The notes beneath the pieces are model-generated. The model did no database searches. It had not been told where the DNA came from and saw nothing but the letters and a program-made list of their open reading frames with translations. A stretch of 62,928 bases of DNA, filler included, from Licmophora abbreviata (taxonomy: Eukaryota), in assembly GCA_900291995.1 (NCBI GenBank). It is 8 parts of 8 records of this genome, joined end to end, with 100 filler letters (N's around TTAATTAATTAA, not from the genome) between each part and the next. Parts side by side here need not be neighbours in the genome. Positions count along the whole stretch, not along the records: positions 10,810 to 16,558 come from OLMU01002017.1; positions 16,659 to 27,839 come from OLMU01002018.1; 6 more parts are not named here. One strand, written 5' to 3'. A program made the position numbers and the translations under genes. Of the stretch, positions 11,310 through 22,015 are shown piece after piece. Position 1 is the stretch's first letter, and each line of letters begins with the position of its first letter.

Positions 11310-14300
11310 ATGCGACGACGTCTCTTTTCCATGCCGAGGATTCATCGAAAAGGCGGGCACGTCGTGCGACGTTCTGTTCCAAATTCATCTCCCACCGAAA
11401 TAACAACTCGGGCGCCTATCACTATCAGGGATCGACTTCCAATGATCCAGAAGTCGCTCATTCCACATGCACGCTGCTTCTCCACGTCATCCGTATCGGA
11501 CTCGACTGTGCTCTCCTCTTCCCAAGATGCTCCCTCTGTTTCCACGCATGACATTTGGCGCAAGAAAACTCAAACCATCGTTCAAGTCTCCTCGCTCGGA
11601 AAATGGAACCCTCGCGACTGGCACGAGATCTCGACTGCCTACTTTCAATTCTGGACGACTCTTCATCCTTCCAGTCGAGAAACTGTAGCCATGTGTTGGA
11701 AAATATTGCGTCGAGTCGTCAAGGAACTGTCCACTACTACTTCTACTGGCTCGACTCTTCCCAGTGACGTAATCCAACAAGATTGGTTGAATCGAGCGGT
11801 CGATGTTTGGAGGCTCACTCCGAGCAGCAAACTGACGACACGACAAGTCTTAAAGAAAGTCGAGGAGTACTCGAGTATATTCCCCCCGGACTGTCGCACA
11901 TTCACAATGATTCTACAAGCATGTCTCGAACGGACCGATGAGAGAATGACTCCTGCCGACAAGGCTGCTTTGGCAGAGCGATTTTTGAAAAAAGTGCAAG
12001 AGCAGCACATGAAACTGGACTCTTTGTTCTTGTTGAAAGTCATGCATGTGTGGTCGAGTAGTGGATTGCCAGAAGGTCCGGACAAAGTGAAAGCTCTGTT
12101 GGAGTACATGCACGATTCGAACTTGACTCCGGAGACTGCTCATTACAACAATCTATTGAATGCGTACGCCAAATCAAACCGGGCCGAAGAAGCCGAGAAG
12201 CTGTTAAGAAGCATGGAAGATCTGGAAATTAACGTCATGATTCAACCCGACGAACAGAGCTACAACATAGTGCTGTCGGGCTATGCAAATGAACGAAAAC
12301 CGCTGCAGGCGGACGCTATACTCAGAAGACTCACGAAACGTGCCAAGAGGGACCCATCGGTGCAACCCAGTGTGGTCAGCTTTAGCTCCCTGATACATGC
12401 CTGGGCTGGAGCGGGAGAACCTGAACGGGCCGGATCTGTTCTCAAGTGGATGGAGCACGTTGCTACGAGTACTGGGCGGACTGAGCTGCTTCCCGGGAAG
12501 ATCGCTTACAATACTGTACTGAACGGTTATGCGAAAAGCTCCCGTCCGGATGCTCCCCAACAAGCCGAGAGGATTCTAGATTACATGCTGAGCGCACAAG
12601 ATGACAAGATCAAGCCCGATAAGGTTTCGTTTACCACGGTGTTGGAGTGCTGGGCGGAGTCGGGCGATCCATCGGCTGCCGAACGGACCGAGGCCATTAT
12701 GGAACGCATGCTGGACTTGGCAGCTCAGACGGGTACCATGTCACTGCTTCCCGATGCAATGTCATTCTCGCCCTTGCTCAAAGCGTGGAGCAGAAGCCGT
12801 GATCCCTCCGCACCTCAGCGAGTCGAACGGATTCTCAAACAAATGCAGGAGATGCACGAGGCAGGCGTAAGGAATATACAACCCAACGCAGTGTCGTTCT
12901 TGATGGCATTGGACTGTGTGGCGAATAGCCCGCAATCGGGATTCGCCGAACGAGCAGAAGGCATGCTGCAATGGATGCATGAATTGTACCGTAAGAGCGG
13001 AGGTAACGACGATCTGAGGCCGAATGTCTTCAATTACAATGCTGTACTGAAGGCGTGGTCTCGCAGCAAAAGCCCCAATGCACCGGAACGAGCTGAAGCA
13101 GTCTTCCAAAGGATGCGAAAGGAGGGACTCTTTCCAAGTGCTCGATCTTATACTTCTTTGATGCTCACATGGGCGCGGAGTCGAAGACGGGACGCTCCAC
13201 AGAAGGCCGAGGAACTGTTCAGGAAGATGACACTTTTTGCTGAGAAAGGGAAATCAGAGTTGAAGCCAACATCGTTTGTCTACAATACTCTCATTGATAC
13301 GTATGCCAAGGCAGGAAACAGCAACGCAGCGGAGAATTTGTTGCGTGCAATGAAAGAGGAGTTTCAAAATGGAGACGTCAACTGCAAACCGGATAGTGTC
13401 TCCTACAATTGCGTTCTGACTGCTCTGTCGAAGAGTCGCACCACAGATGCACCTGCCAAAGTCGAAGCGCTGCTCCGTGAAATGCTTGAGCTGTACCAGA
13501 AAGGCGATAGGGATATTATGCCGAATGCCAAGACGTTTACGGCGGTCATAGCTTCGGTGGGAAAATCGAACAAGCCCGACAGTGGAATCCAGGCAGAAGC
13601 GTACTTGAAGCTTATGCGGACGCTCTATGCTTCTGGTCACAAACCTTGCAAACCAAACACGATCACGTATTCCGCTGTCATCAATGCATGGGCGAATTCG
13701 TCTCATCCGGACGCAGCAGATCGAGCTTTTGCGTTGCTTGCAGAAATGCGGGAGTCAAAGGACGTATACCTTAGGCCCAATGCTGTGTGCTGCAATTGCA
13801 TCCTTAAGCTCTATTCGAGAAATGGGACTCCTGACGTCGCAGAAGAAATCATCTCTTACATGAACGAAGAATACCAGTCTGGGAATCTACACATCAAGCC
13901 TAACGCTGTTTCGTATACGACCTTGCTTCAGGCTTGGGCCAACAGCGACAGATCAGATGCGATAGCTGGCGCCGAGTCGGTCTTGCGGCGCATGCAAGCT
14001 CTGGGCACGGCTGGCGATACAAGCGCCGCTCCCAACCATGTGACGTACACGACGCTGCTCTCGGCGATTTGCCGATCGAAAGATCCCGAAAAGGGTGTGC
14101 TCGCCGAAAAGTACCTGAACGAGATGAAAGAGCAGTATGCGGCCGGCCAGCAAGAGTGCAAACCCAAAACGATTGCATATTCGATGGTGATGCGTGCATG
14201 GGCTACGAGTCACCATCCCAAGGCAATGGACCGAACGTGGGCACTATTGGAAGAAATGAAAGCATTGGGGGATCGAGACGTTGCCCCGGACGAGCACGTG

Positions 14301-14408
14301 TACAGAGCTGTGTCGCGGGCTATCGAGACAAGTCACCAGCCTGACAAGGAAATGCAATATGAACAGCTTCGACAAGAAATGAAGAGCCAAATCCGGTCAG
14401 TGCCATGA
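11310..14408 (+). CDS. Pentatricopeptide repeat (PPR) protein, probably mitochondrial
   Basis: 1032-aa intronless ORF with many repeats of the form P(D/N)xxS(Y/F)xxLLxAW(A/S)xS…AExLLxxM. Basic leader ending ARCFSTSS. Confidence 0.93.
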   Translation: MRRRLFSMPRIHRKGGHVVRRSVPNSSPTEITTRAPITIRDRLPMIQKSLIPHARCFSTSSVSDSTVLSSSQDAPSVSTHDIWRKKTQTIVQVSSLGKWNPRDWHEISTAYFQFWTTLHPSSRETVAMCWKILRRVVKELSTTTSTGSTLPSDVIQQDWLNRAVDVWRLTPSSKLTTRQVLKKVEEYSSIFPPDCRTFTMILQACLERTDERMTPADKAALAERFLKKVQEQHMKLDSLFLLKVMHVWSSSGLPEGPDKVKALLEYMHDSNLTPETAHYNNLLNAYAKSNRAEEAEKLLRSMEDLEINVMIQPDEQSYNIVLSGYANERKPLQADAILRRLTKRAKRDPSVQPSVVSFSSLIHAWAGAGEPERAGSVLKWMEHVATSTGRTELLPGKIAYNTVLNGYAKSSRPDAPQQAERILDYMLSAQDDKIKPDKVSFTTVLECWAESGDPSAAERTEAIMERMLDLAAQTGTMSLLPDAMSFSPLLKAWSRSRDPSAPQRVERILKQMQEMHEAGVRNIQPNAVSFLMALDCVANSPQSGFAERAEGMLQWMHELYRKSGGNDDLRPNVFNYNAVLKAWSRSKSPNAPERAEAVFQRMRKEGLFPSARSYTSLMLTWARSRRRDAPQKAEELFRKMTLFAEKGKSELKPTSFVYNTLIDTYAKAGNSNAAENLLRAMKEEFQNGDVNCKPDSVSYNCVLTALSKSRTTDAPAKVEALLREMLELYQKGDRDIMPNAKTFTAVIASVGKSNKPDSGIQAEAYLKLMRTLYASGHKPCKPNTITYSAVINAWANSSHPDAADRAFALLAEMRESKDVYLRPNAVCCNCILKLYSRNGTPDVAEEIISYMNEEYQSGNLHIKPNAVSYTTLLQAWANSDRSDAIAGAESVLRRMQALGTAGDTSAAPNHVTYTTLLSAICRSKDPEKGVLAEKYLNEMKEQYAAGQQECKPKTIAYSMVMRAWATSHHPKAMDRTWALLEEMKALGDRDVAPDEHVYRAVSRAIETSHQPDKEMQYEQLRQEMKSQIRSVP

Positions 14409-14499
14409 TGTCCTCCCTCTATGTACTCTAGAGCTACAGAAGCCGTACACGTAGTCCTAGCGTCAAATATTCGCGTCTTTTCTCTCTCTTCTGCGATTA

Positions 14500-15309
14500 C
14501 TAGTCTTCAAAGACATCTTCAAAGCCCCTTCCACTCTGTAGGCCGTAGAAAGACTTGAGCTGTCCCAGTGGACCAGACCCATTGTCGCCTTGGTAGCTAT
14601 CAGCCGTCATGAGCCCTTCTCCCATGACTCCAAAGACACCACACCGTTTCCGTATACTATCGAGTCGACTCTTGTTTGCACCAAAGTCCGAAATGGACGG
14701 CTCCCCCGTTTCTGACGACCGAAATGTCACTACCTGATCCGCATCGTTCACCAAGAACTCAATTTCATCCACAACGACTACATTCCGTGTTGCCTTGACT
14801 TTGAGATAATGATAGCCGGAGGATTCTTCTTCCTCTATCGCTTCCAATGTACTGTCCGTCTCCACAACACCCTTTAGCCGTGCCATGGCTTCATCTCCTG
14901 AAACTTGAAAGGTCCACGGAGGGGCATAGTTGTCAACCTGTTTGATACTAGCTGTTGCTGCACAATTGCTGAAACCTTTTGCGGGTGCTCTACTACAGCC
15001 TTCCAACGACGAGCGACGAGACGGCTCGTCTGATGCCAGGACCACCGAAGGGGCGAAAAGGCCACTTCCGACTACCAGGGAAACGCCAGACTTGATAAGA
15101 ATACGAGACAAGAACTGAGATCGGGACGTGGCAAAACGCTCGGCGTCGTTCCGAGGTGATGATGGCGATGCACACTGCAGAGCGACTCTGCCAATCCTTG
15201 CTCCGCTCCGACGGCTCAACGCCAAGGTCGACACTCTACTAAAGCCATCCGTATGTACCGCGGCATGAAGGACCACCAGAATGACAGCAAGAAACAACGT
15301 TGTGTTCAT
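14500..15309 (-). CDS. DUF1499-family plastid (probably thylakoid lumen) protein
   Basis: Signal peptide then DGF, a SRSQFL…VLA lumenal-type transfer peptide, and APWTF, VDEIEFL, VTFRSS, SDFGANKSRL. Confidence 0.8.
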   Translation of the reverse strand: MNTTLFLAVILVVLHAAVHTDGFSRVSTLALSRRSGARIGRVALQCASPSSPRNDAERFATSRSQFLSRILIKSGVSLVVGSGLFAPSVVLASDEPSRRSSLEGCSRAPAKGFSNCAATASIKQVDNYAPPWTFQVSGDEAMARLKGVVETDSTLEAIEEEESSGYHYLKVKATRNVVVVDEIEFLVNDADQVVTFRSSETGEPSISDFGANKSRLDSIRKRCGVFGVMGEGLMTADSYQGDNGSGPLGQLKSFYGLQSGRGFEDVFED

Positions 15310-15471
15310 TTTGGGGCGTCACAACGAAACACTTGCAGTCGGTATGTAACTTGTGGCCATGGTCGCTCGACAGCGCCATCAGTTTTTCAATTTTCAATTT
15401 CGAGAGACTTCATTGTTCCGGGTTCCACCAACTTTGCTGCCAAGATTTCGAAATCATCCAACTTCAACTTC

Positions 15472-15485
15472 TTTGGCGCGCCAAA
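15472..15485. promoter_or_regulatory. 14-bp perfect palindrome TTTGGCGCGCCAAA (overlapping E2F-type sites) in a divergent promoter
   Basis: Seen directly between the ATGs at 15309 (-) and 15516 (+). Matches TTTSSCGC on both strands. Confidence 0.4.
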
Positions 15486-15515
15486 ACATTGAACATAGCA
15501 CATAGGACCATAACC

Positions 15516-16893
15516 ATGACTCCCCTGTTCTTCTTACCACTACTAGTCCTCCTCCAGGGCTCTACCGCCTTTTGTCCAAGCCCCAAGAAGAAGAACGTTG
15601 GTGCAGATCAGTCATCAAGACTATATCTTCGGACGACCGACTCGAATCGCCTGTTTTCTCCCAAAGTCTACGACACGATATTGTCCGGACGCATTGCCGT
15701 CATTCCTGATTTTTTGAAACCAGAACAAGTCTTGGCACTTCGCACCGATGCTCAAGACATACACAACGCTAACCAGTTTTCCACAGATGCACTCTCGTCC
15801 TATGGGTCTTCTGGAAAGAAGTTCGATCCCTCCAAAGACCGAGCCGTCTTGCGTCTGAATCAATGGAAGGATATTAGTATTGGAACTTGGGACTCGAGAC
15901 GCCGTTTTGGACAACAAATGGCAGACATTCGAGCGGACTTGGCCCACAACTTGAATCGCCCTCATTTGAATCAGGGACAAGCAACGAGTTCTACAAAGTA
16001 TGGCAATGGCTCGACGGAAATCTCGTACACACGCTTTGGTCCCGGTGCCTTTTTGAAACGACATGTCGATGAACATCACGAAGAGCTCAAGGGACGAGCC
16101 GGGTGGTCTCAACCGACGAGACGTAGTGTTAGTTGGTTGATCTATTTGAATGACAGTGACTGGAACAGTCGACTGGATGGGGGTCAGTTAAGGACGTTTG
16201 CAAGAACCGATCCTCCCGGCCACCAGGCCGTTGGGGCCCGGCCGAATGGCGACTTGCAGATTGGATGGTTGCGAGCGACACGTAACGATCCCATGGAGCG
16301 ACCGGTCTTTTTGGATGGGCGTCAAGAGGATGCTGGCAAGTGTGCCATGTACATGGTGCGACAAGAGGGAAATGATGACTCGAGCATCGAATACATCACC
16401 CCCACCTTTGATGCCAATCCGATACTCTACATGGCGGGCGGAGAGTCACTCGTCAAGAGAGCTTTGTTGAAGGATCGTCGTGACCTGGCAGAACGGTTTC
16501 GTTTCATTGAGGCACCGAAATCCGTAGTGGGAGAGCCTTTGACTGGTGGCAATAGCTANNNNNNNNNNNNNNNNNNNNNNNNNNNNNNNNNNNNNNNNNN
16601 NNTTAATTAATTAANNNNNNNNNNNNNNNNNNNNNNNNNNNNNNNNNNNNNNNNNNNNGAAATCCGTAGTGGGAGAGCTTTTGACTGGTGGCAATAGCTA
16701 TGCTGGAACTGGACTAGACGCCGACTCGGATGAAGTGATTGATGATGTGGATCCAATTGGAGGGACCCTAGTTCTGTTCGACTCGGTGTCACTACCACAT
16801 GAGGTTCTAGCTACGAGAGCTAGAGAACGATGGGCAGCGAGTGGATGGTTCCATGAAGATCAGCAACCGATAGAGGGTATTAGAAACGGGTAG
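15516..16893 (+). CDS. 2-oxoglutarate/Fe(II)-dependent oxygenase (prolyl-hydroxylase-like), plastid-targeted; ~411 aa across false gap
   Basis: Signal peptide plus STAFCP. HVD, SWLIYLN, GGQLR, then after the gap GGTLVLFDS…PHEV…RWAASGWF. Frame restored by collapsing the 42-bp duplication. Confidence 0.87.
16559..16658. other. Artificial scaffold spacer; false gap
   Basis: Flanks 16517-16558 and 16659-16700 are identical except for one base. Confidence 0.95.
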
Positions 16894-17182
16894 TGGAGAT
16901 GCAAAGGAATAATAGACTACTAAAATAGAGCACCTTTCTCAATGCAGACGATTCTGTCACCGCGCTGTTATCGGGTGGCGGACAGGCGAACCTGAGTCGA
17001 GTGAGTCGAACAACACACCACATCGCGCGCTTTTAGTGTGTTCGTGTGTTCACTGATGATGTGGATGACGACGATCGGACTGACGATGTGATGGCCGGCA
17101 TGAACCATCACACTTTTACCTCGTCACGTTGCTATTGTCATACTTTCTTCGGTCGCTCTCTCTCTCTTGATAAAAGAACGAC

Positions 17183-17816
17183 ATGTTTTCGCCCCGCAGC
17201 TCCCTACTGACCTGCCACTGGATCGCTGGTGTTCTTGTCTTGCTGACGATTCAGTCAACGCTAGTACCACGAGTAGAGGCCTTTGTTGGTATCGCTCCGT
17301 ACACGAAGACGAAGACGATGAGCCACGCGCACGTTCCATCCTCATCCCTGGCGCCGTTGCAAATGATGGATGCTTCGATAGTGCAGGATGCAGTGACCTC
17401 TTTTTCTTCGAGTCCTATGCTCTTGGCAGAAACGGAAGAATGGGTTCAGCCCTTGGCGTCGGTACTGGACCCATTTCTAAATCTCCTCTCGTTTGCCATG
17501 GTACGCGATGACGATGACTGACACCTGAACGATCGTTCGAACTCATCTCATGCTTTTTTCTTCACACTGATGTTTACGTGCACAGCTGTGTCGCGTTGTC
17601 TTGTCGTGGTACCCCACGACGAACTTGAACGAACTGCCATTTAGTTTGGTATCGTGGCCCACCGAGCCATTGCTGCGAGCGATTCGCGGTGCCGTTCCGC
17701 CGGCCTTTGGCGTCGACATTACGCCCATTGTCTGGCTGGGTGTCTTTACTTTTTTTCATGAAATCTTGTTGGGACAGCAGGGACTGCTGACTATGAAAAT
17801 CAAATATGGAATGTAG
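17183..17816 (+). CDS. CCB3: CCB3 (YGGT family) cytochrome b6 heme ci assembly factor; 2 exons
   Basis: Exons 17183-17500 and 17586-17816. RVVLSWYP…PTEPLL…PPAFGVDITPIVW…EILLGQQGLL. Presequence with VEAF. Confidence 0.85.
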
Positions 17817-17930
17817 TGCAAAAGTAAGAGTGGAAACGAGTTATAGTAGGTTATAATAGCAACATTGCATCTTGTGCTGCGTAACACATTGCTTAAAATT
17901 AAGCTTAATCCCTTGTGTTATGCACGAGTC

Positions 17931-19649
17931 CTACGCTGCCGCAGCACATGGATGTTGCAGTCGGTCCACGATCAGGGGTGCTTGTCTACCTCCCGTCACC
18001 TCGGACGCTTGACGGTAGAACTCATTCACGGCTTCTACATTCGACATGTCCAGACTGAGATTTCCCATTGTCGTAAAAATACGACTCATATACCTTGTAC
18101 TGAACCTCCGCCCCTTGCGTTGAAGTTGCGTGAGTGCTTTCGCCGCCTTCTCGTAGGACTGTAGAGCTGCATCCAAATTGCCCAAAGAGTGCTGGGCTTG
18201 TCCGAGGCCCATTAAGACTTCCACCAGATGTGATTCGCCTTCGGGTGCAAGGGCGCGAAGAATCGACAATGCTTCGGCGTGAAGCTTCAGGGAGTCGTTG
18301 TACTCTCCACGGTCTTGATGAATACGACCAATGTGCTGCAAGGAGGAGGCAACTTCCGAGTGGCAGCAGCCATAGGCATTGCGGCGGATGCGGAGGGATT
18401 CCAAAAAACAGTCGAGACTGCTTGTGGCTTGGCCGTCTTCCAACAAAAGAACAGCAATATTATGAAGAGTTGAAGCCACAGCAGCATGATCCTTGCCCAG
18501 TACTTCTCTTCTTAGTCCGAGACAAAGACGAAACGACTGCAGTGCCTTGGTGCGACGCAGCTGCGCACTTCCGGAACCATGTGAAGACTGGATCATACCA
18601 ATGTTGTAGAGGACGGCCGAAAAGACGGTCTTGAGCTGGTCGCTTTCTTTTTGAATGGAATTGCCTTTGAGACGAAGGGCTCTTCGAAAGAAGTGCATTG
18701 CCTCCTCGTGTTGGTCCGAGATCTGGAGGCAGTGTCCGAGCTCAGTTAGAGTCAAGAACATGTCGTTGTCGAGAACGTGTAGACTCTTCTGTGCTCGAAT
18801 AGCTTCTTTCAAGTAGGGTACAGCTTCCTTGTGTCGCCTCTGTTTCATGTAGAAGGTCCCTACGTTGCTGAGAGTCTTCGCAACTGTCGCGTGCTCATAT
18901 CCCAGGGTTGCTCTCTCACTGATCAGAGTGCAGAGCAGCTCCCGTTCCTCAACGTGAGCCGCGTTGTCTGGGTGTTCTGGCGAAAAGACAAAGAGCAGTG
19001 CCTTGACGCTTACAATGTTTCTTTCTCGATCGCCGAGACTACCACAAGAAACAGGAAGACTTTCAAGAATATGAAGAGATCGTTTCAAAGCGCAATGGGC
19101 CTCTGTGGGTCCGCACTTGAGGAGACAAAGAAGGTGTCCAAAGTTAAACCAGAGCGATGCCGCGAAGAGGTCGTCGCTTCCTTTGTGATGATGAAGAGCT
19201 TCAATAGAAGATGTCAGGGCTTGGTCGAGGTCTCCTCGGATAAAGTGAAGATGCCCCATGTTGCTGAGAAGAGTGGAGAGGAATCTCTGACTGTCGACAT
19301 CGATCTGACCACATTGCTGCGCTTGACTGATTCTGTCTAGTGAGCGGCGAAGCGCCATGAACGACTCATCTGTCCGACCCTGTGCATACAGATGCTGAGC
19401 CATGTTGTTGTGCACACACAGTTGGTTGGCGAGACAAGGAATTTCTCGCTTCTCCTTTGGTCGAAGCTGTGCATCTTCCTCTTCTGCGTTGCTACACATA
19501 TTGTCAATCAACATAGCGCAATCATCCCTTTCTCCAGCCCTGACTCCCTCGGACGAGTGCTCAAGCTGCTCTCTATGCTCCTCAGATGATGGAAAAAGCG
19601 GTGTCAGGCAGCGGAGGCCTTCATCGCAAGGTCCCCGTGCGTACATCAT
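17931..19649 (-). CDS. TPR-repeat protein (kinesin-light-chain/nephrocystin-3-like repeats)
   Basis: Repeats such as HATVAKTLSNVG, HAAVASTLHNIA and HSEVASSLQHIG. Ends in PCAAAA. ATG at 19649. Confidence 0.85.
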   Translation of the reverse strand: MMYARGPCDEGLRCLTPLFPSSEEHREQLEHSSEGVRAGERDDCAMLIDNMCSNAEEEDAQLRPKEKREIPCLANQLCVHNNMAQHLYAQGRTDESFMALRRSLDRISQAQQCGQIDVDSQRFLSTLLSNMGHLHFIRGDLDQALTSSIEALHHHKGSDDLFAASLWFNFGHLLCLLKCGPTEAHCALKRSLHILESLPVSCGSLGDRERNIVSVKALLFVFSPEHPDNAAHVEERELLCTLISERATLGYEHATVAKTLSNVGTFYMKQRRHKEAVPYLKEAIRAQKSLHVLDNDMFLTLTELGHCLQISDQHEEAMHFFRRALRLKGNSIQKESDQLKTVFSAVLYNIGMIQSSHGSGSAQLRRTKALQSFRLCLGLRREVLGKDHAAVASTLHNIAVLLLEDGQATSSLDCFLESLRIRRNAYGCCHSEVASSLQHIGRIHQDRGEYNDSLKLHAEALSILRALAPEGESHLVEVLMGLGQAQHSLGNLDAALQSYEKAAKALTQLQRKGRRFSTRYMSRIFTTMGNLSLDMSNVEAVNEFYRQASEVTGGRQAPLIVDRLQHPCAAAA

Positions 19650-20589
19650 GGTTGTTGATTTCGTCGACAAAAAATGTGTGAGCAAAATTATGGCGGGAAA
19701 GGTTGTACTCGTGACTCACTAATCTTAAGATTTATGGGTCAATCACTCCTTGTCGGAGTGATTGGCCGTGGGCCTAAGCATCGTTTCCAAGGGGATTTAA
19801 CATGGTCATTAATCAGAATGTCATGATAAAACTTACTGTAGGCTACTTTGGCGTTTGTGTATATTTTTGAGCTTGGAGAAATATCAATGGTCATGATGAC
19901 CCCGAGAGTGGTGAGTCACGGATGAGGATTTTGATAGACGTTTTTTACCCTCCGACTTGGATCTTTTGCAGCTTTGTGTAACTGGAGAGCATAAATGAAA
20001 CCATGCCCGGCACTCCAGGGCATCCGAGGTCATTCAATGCCCACCCAAAGTGAGAGAAGTTGTGATTGAAAGCAAGACCAAGGAATTGAGAGGAGCCTTT
20101 CACGCCACTTCTGCTGGTGACGTTTTCGATCGTGAAGAATGCATGCTTCTTCACTACTACGAGTACCAGCAGAGAGCTATACCTCCCCTACGCGATAACA
20201 GTCTCGTCCAATCTTAGAAAGATCCTTTGGTAGAGTTCGATGGATTTCATTGTTGACTTTACCTTAGACGTTCGACGAGGAATTAATTGACACGCCTGGT
20301 CATCGAAATAATATTCCCGTAGTCTACGTGTGTTGACTGATCCATCTCTCGTTGTGCTAGGCATGCTTCTACAAGGTCACAGTTTTGTTTCTGTTTTGCC
20401 GTGTGGCATGACGTGAGTGTGTGGTAAGGAAAGTGGACAGCTTCTTCTACCTGTATAAGAAGGAGAGCGTACACACTCTCTTCGTCGCATGTCCATTAAT
20501 GAAAAAACAATCCACTAGGTTACTCGGTTATTTACACTTACGATCTTTTGTTTGCAGTTCGACTCGTCCCTCCACTCTCATTCACACGA

Positions 20590-21276
20590 CTAGTACAGAT
20601 TTGGGAGCTTGACTGCCATGTTGCGCACCGAATTTCCCGAGCTAAGGTTGGCACGCTCGTCGACCACTGCGTACAGATTGATCCACGGACGGCTGCTCAC
20701 TACTCCAGTCCCCATGTCCTTGGGTTTGATGTCGGCACGACGATACAGCCCATAGCCAGCGGTGCTCCTAAGGGTAGAATGAACATTGCCGTTGGTCACA
20801 AAAAGATTGATTTCGATGGGGTGACTCGATTTCTTGGCATTGTCGACAGGCATGAGCATCAAGTCAGAGCTACCCACCACCGTGTTCAACTTGAAGAAGG
20901 AATCGGTCCGGGTTGTACTGGGGGCAGCGTGAATCACAATCCTCTCGTACAGCATGGACGGGTTTGTAGAGACTCCCTTGAGCTCACAGAGATTGAAACA
21001 CAAGTCTTCCAGAGTGCGCAAGAACTCCTTCGTGGAATGAAATGCTACGCCGTTCAACACAATATGCTCGTCCGCAAGTTCTTCTTCGAGCTGACGGAAG
21101 CTAGCGCCTCCCGCCTTACTCTCTTCATCAACTGAATCCATAGGAATGCAGCTGAGAAACTTGACAGTCTTGAGAGCCCTCAATACCATGCGGCGATCGT
21201 TTGAGCGCGTGTAGCGACTCAAGGATCCTTGCATCTTCGTAAAGGCATCGTTCATTTTTACTGATGCGGTCGCCAT
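20590..21276 (-). CDS. Hypothetical protein, 228 aa
   Basis: ATG-initiated ORF with globular composition. No motif recognised. Confidence 0.65.
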   Translation of the reverse strand: MATASVKMNDAFTKMQGSLSRYTRSNDRRMVLRALKTVKFLSCIPMDSVDEESKAGGASFRQLEEELADEHIVLNGVAFHSTKEFLRTLEDLCFNLCELKGVSTNPSMLYERIVIHAAPSTTRTDSFFKLNTVVGSSDLMLMPVDNAKKSSHPIEINLFVTNGNVHSTLRSTAGYGLYRRADIKPKDMGTGVVSSRPWINLYAVVDERANLSSGNSVRNMAVKLPNLY

Positions 21277-22015
21277 ATTGATAGCTTGGACAGTGCCGAT
21301 TCAGGGAGGGCTGGGTTGAGCGGCAGATGATAGAAAAAGCGAGCCTCTGATTCTTGTGGCACAGGTTGATGACAGTGGAGTTTAAGTTGTTGTCGATCGT
21401 GATGAGCGATGATTCGACGATCGCCAGACGAGCCATCTTTCAATACGAATCGAGTCCCGCAACGGTGCTGTCTTGGAGCTAGATCATTTTTTCTTTATAT
21501 AGTCTTGAATAAATATATACATATATGCTTTTCCACGACTTCTCGTCTGGGACAAACCGGAAGAACTTGTACTGTTGTCCTGTGCCAATGAATGGGATGG
21601 GATGAGGCTCCACATATGGGTGCATCAAACAAAACGACGAAAAAGTCGGACCGTAGTTCTAGTTCGCCAATCTAGGATATGAGCTGGGTAGCAGGTATGC
21701 AGCAGGCCATGGTGGCGTCTTTCCAAACGGCGTAGGAGCTTGTTTTGAGGCCAAGGCCTACTACCGCTCGTAGGAAGGGACTGCATTGCGTTCTAAACGA
21801 CTGGTGAGAAGTACACAGTCGTCCCTTGGGCGCTGCGCATGGTTGGACAACCGTCGATCAAAACAGAATATGCTCAACATTTGATAAATCACTAGCAGTA
21901 TTATGGTACCCCGCCAACGCATTGCTCGAATTCATTCATTCACAATAGTACCGACAGAGTAAACAAACCCATCGACGACAACGAAGGCTCCCCCGCTTCC
22001 ATCCTCTGGTAAAGA

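Noticed and set aside
19700..20580. Long intergenic stretch examined for ncRNA or transposon remnants (also 21300-22000 and 37080-37640)
   Set aside because: No recognisable snRNA, snoRNA, tRNA, terminal repeats or transposase/RT fragments by eye. An Rfam scan would be needed to exclude them.
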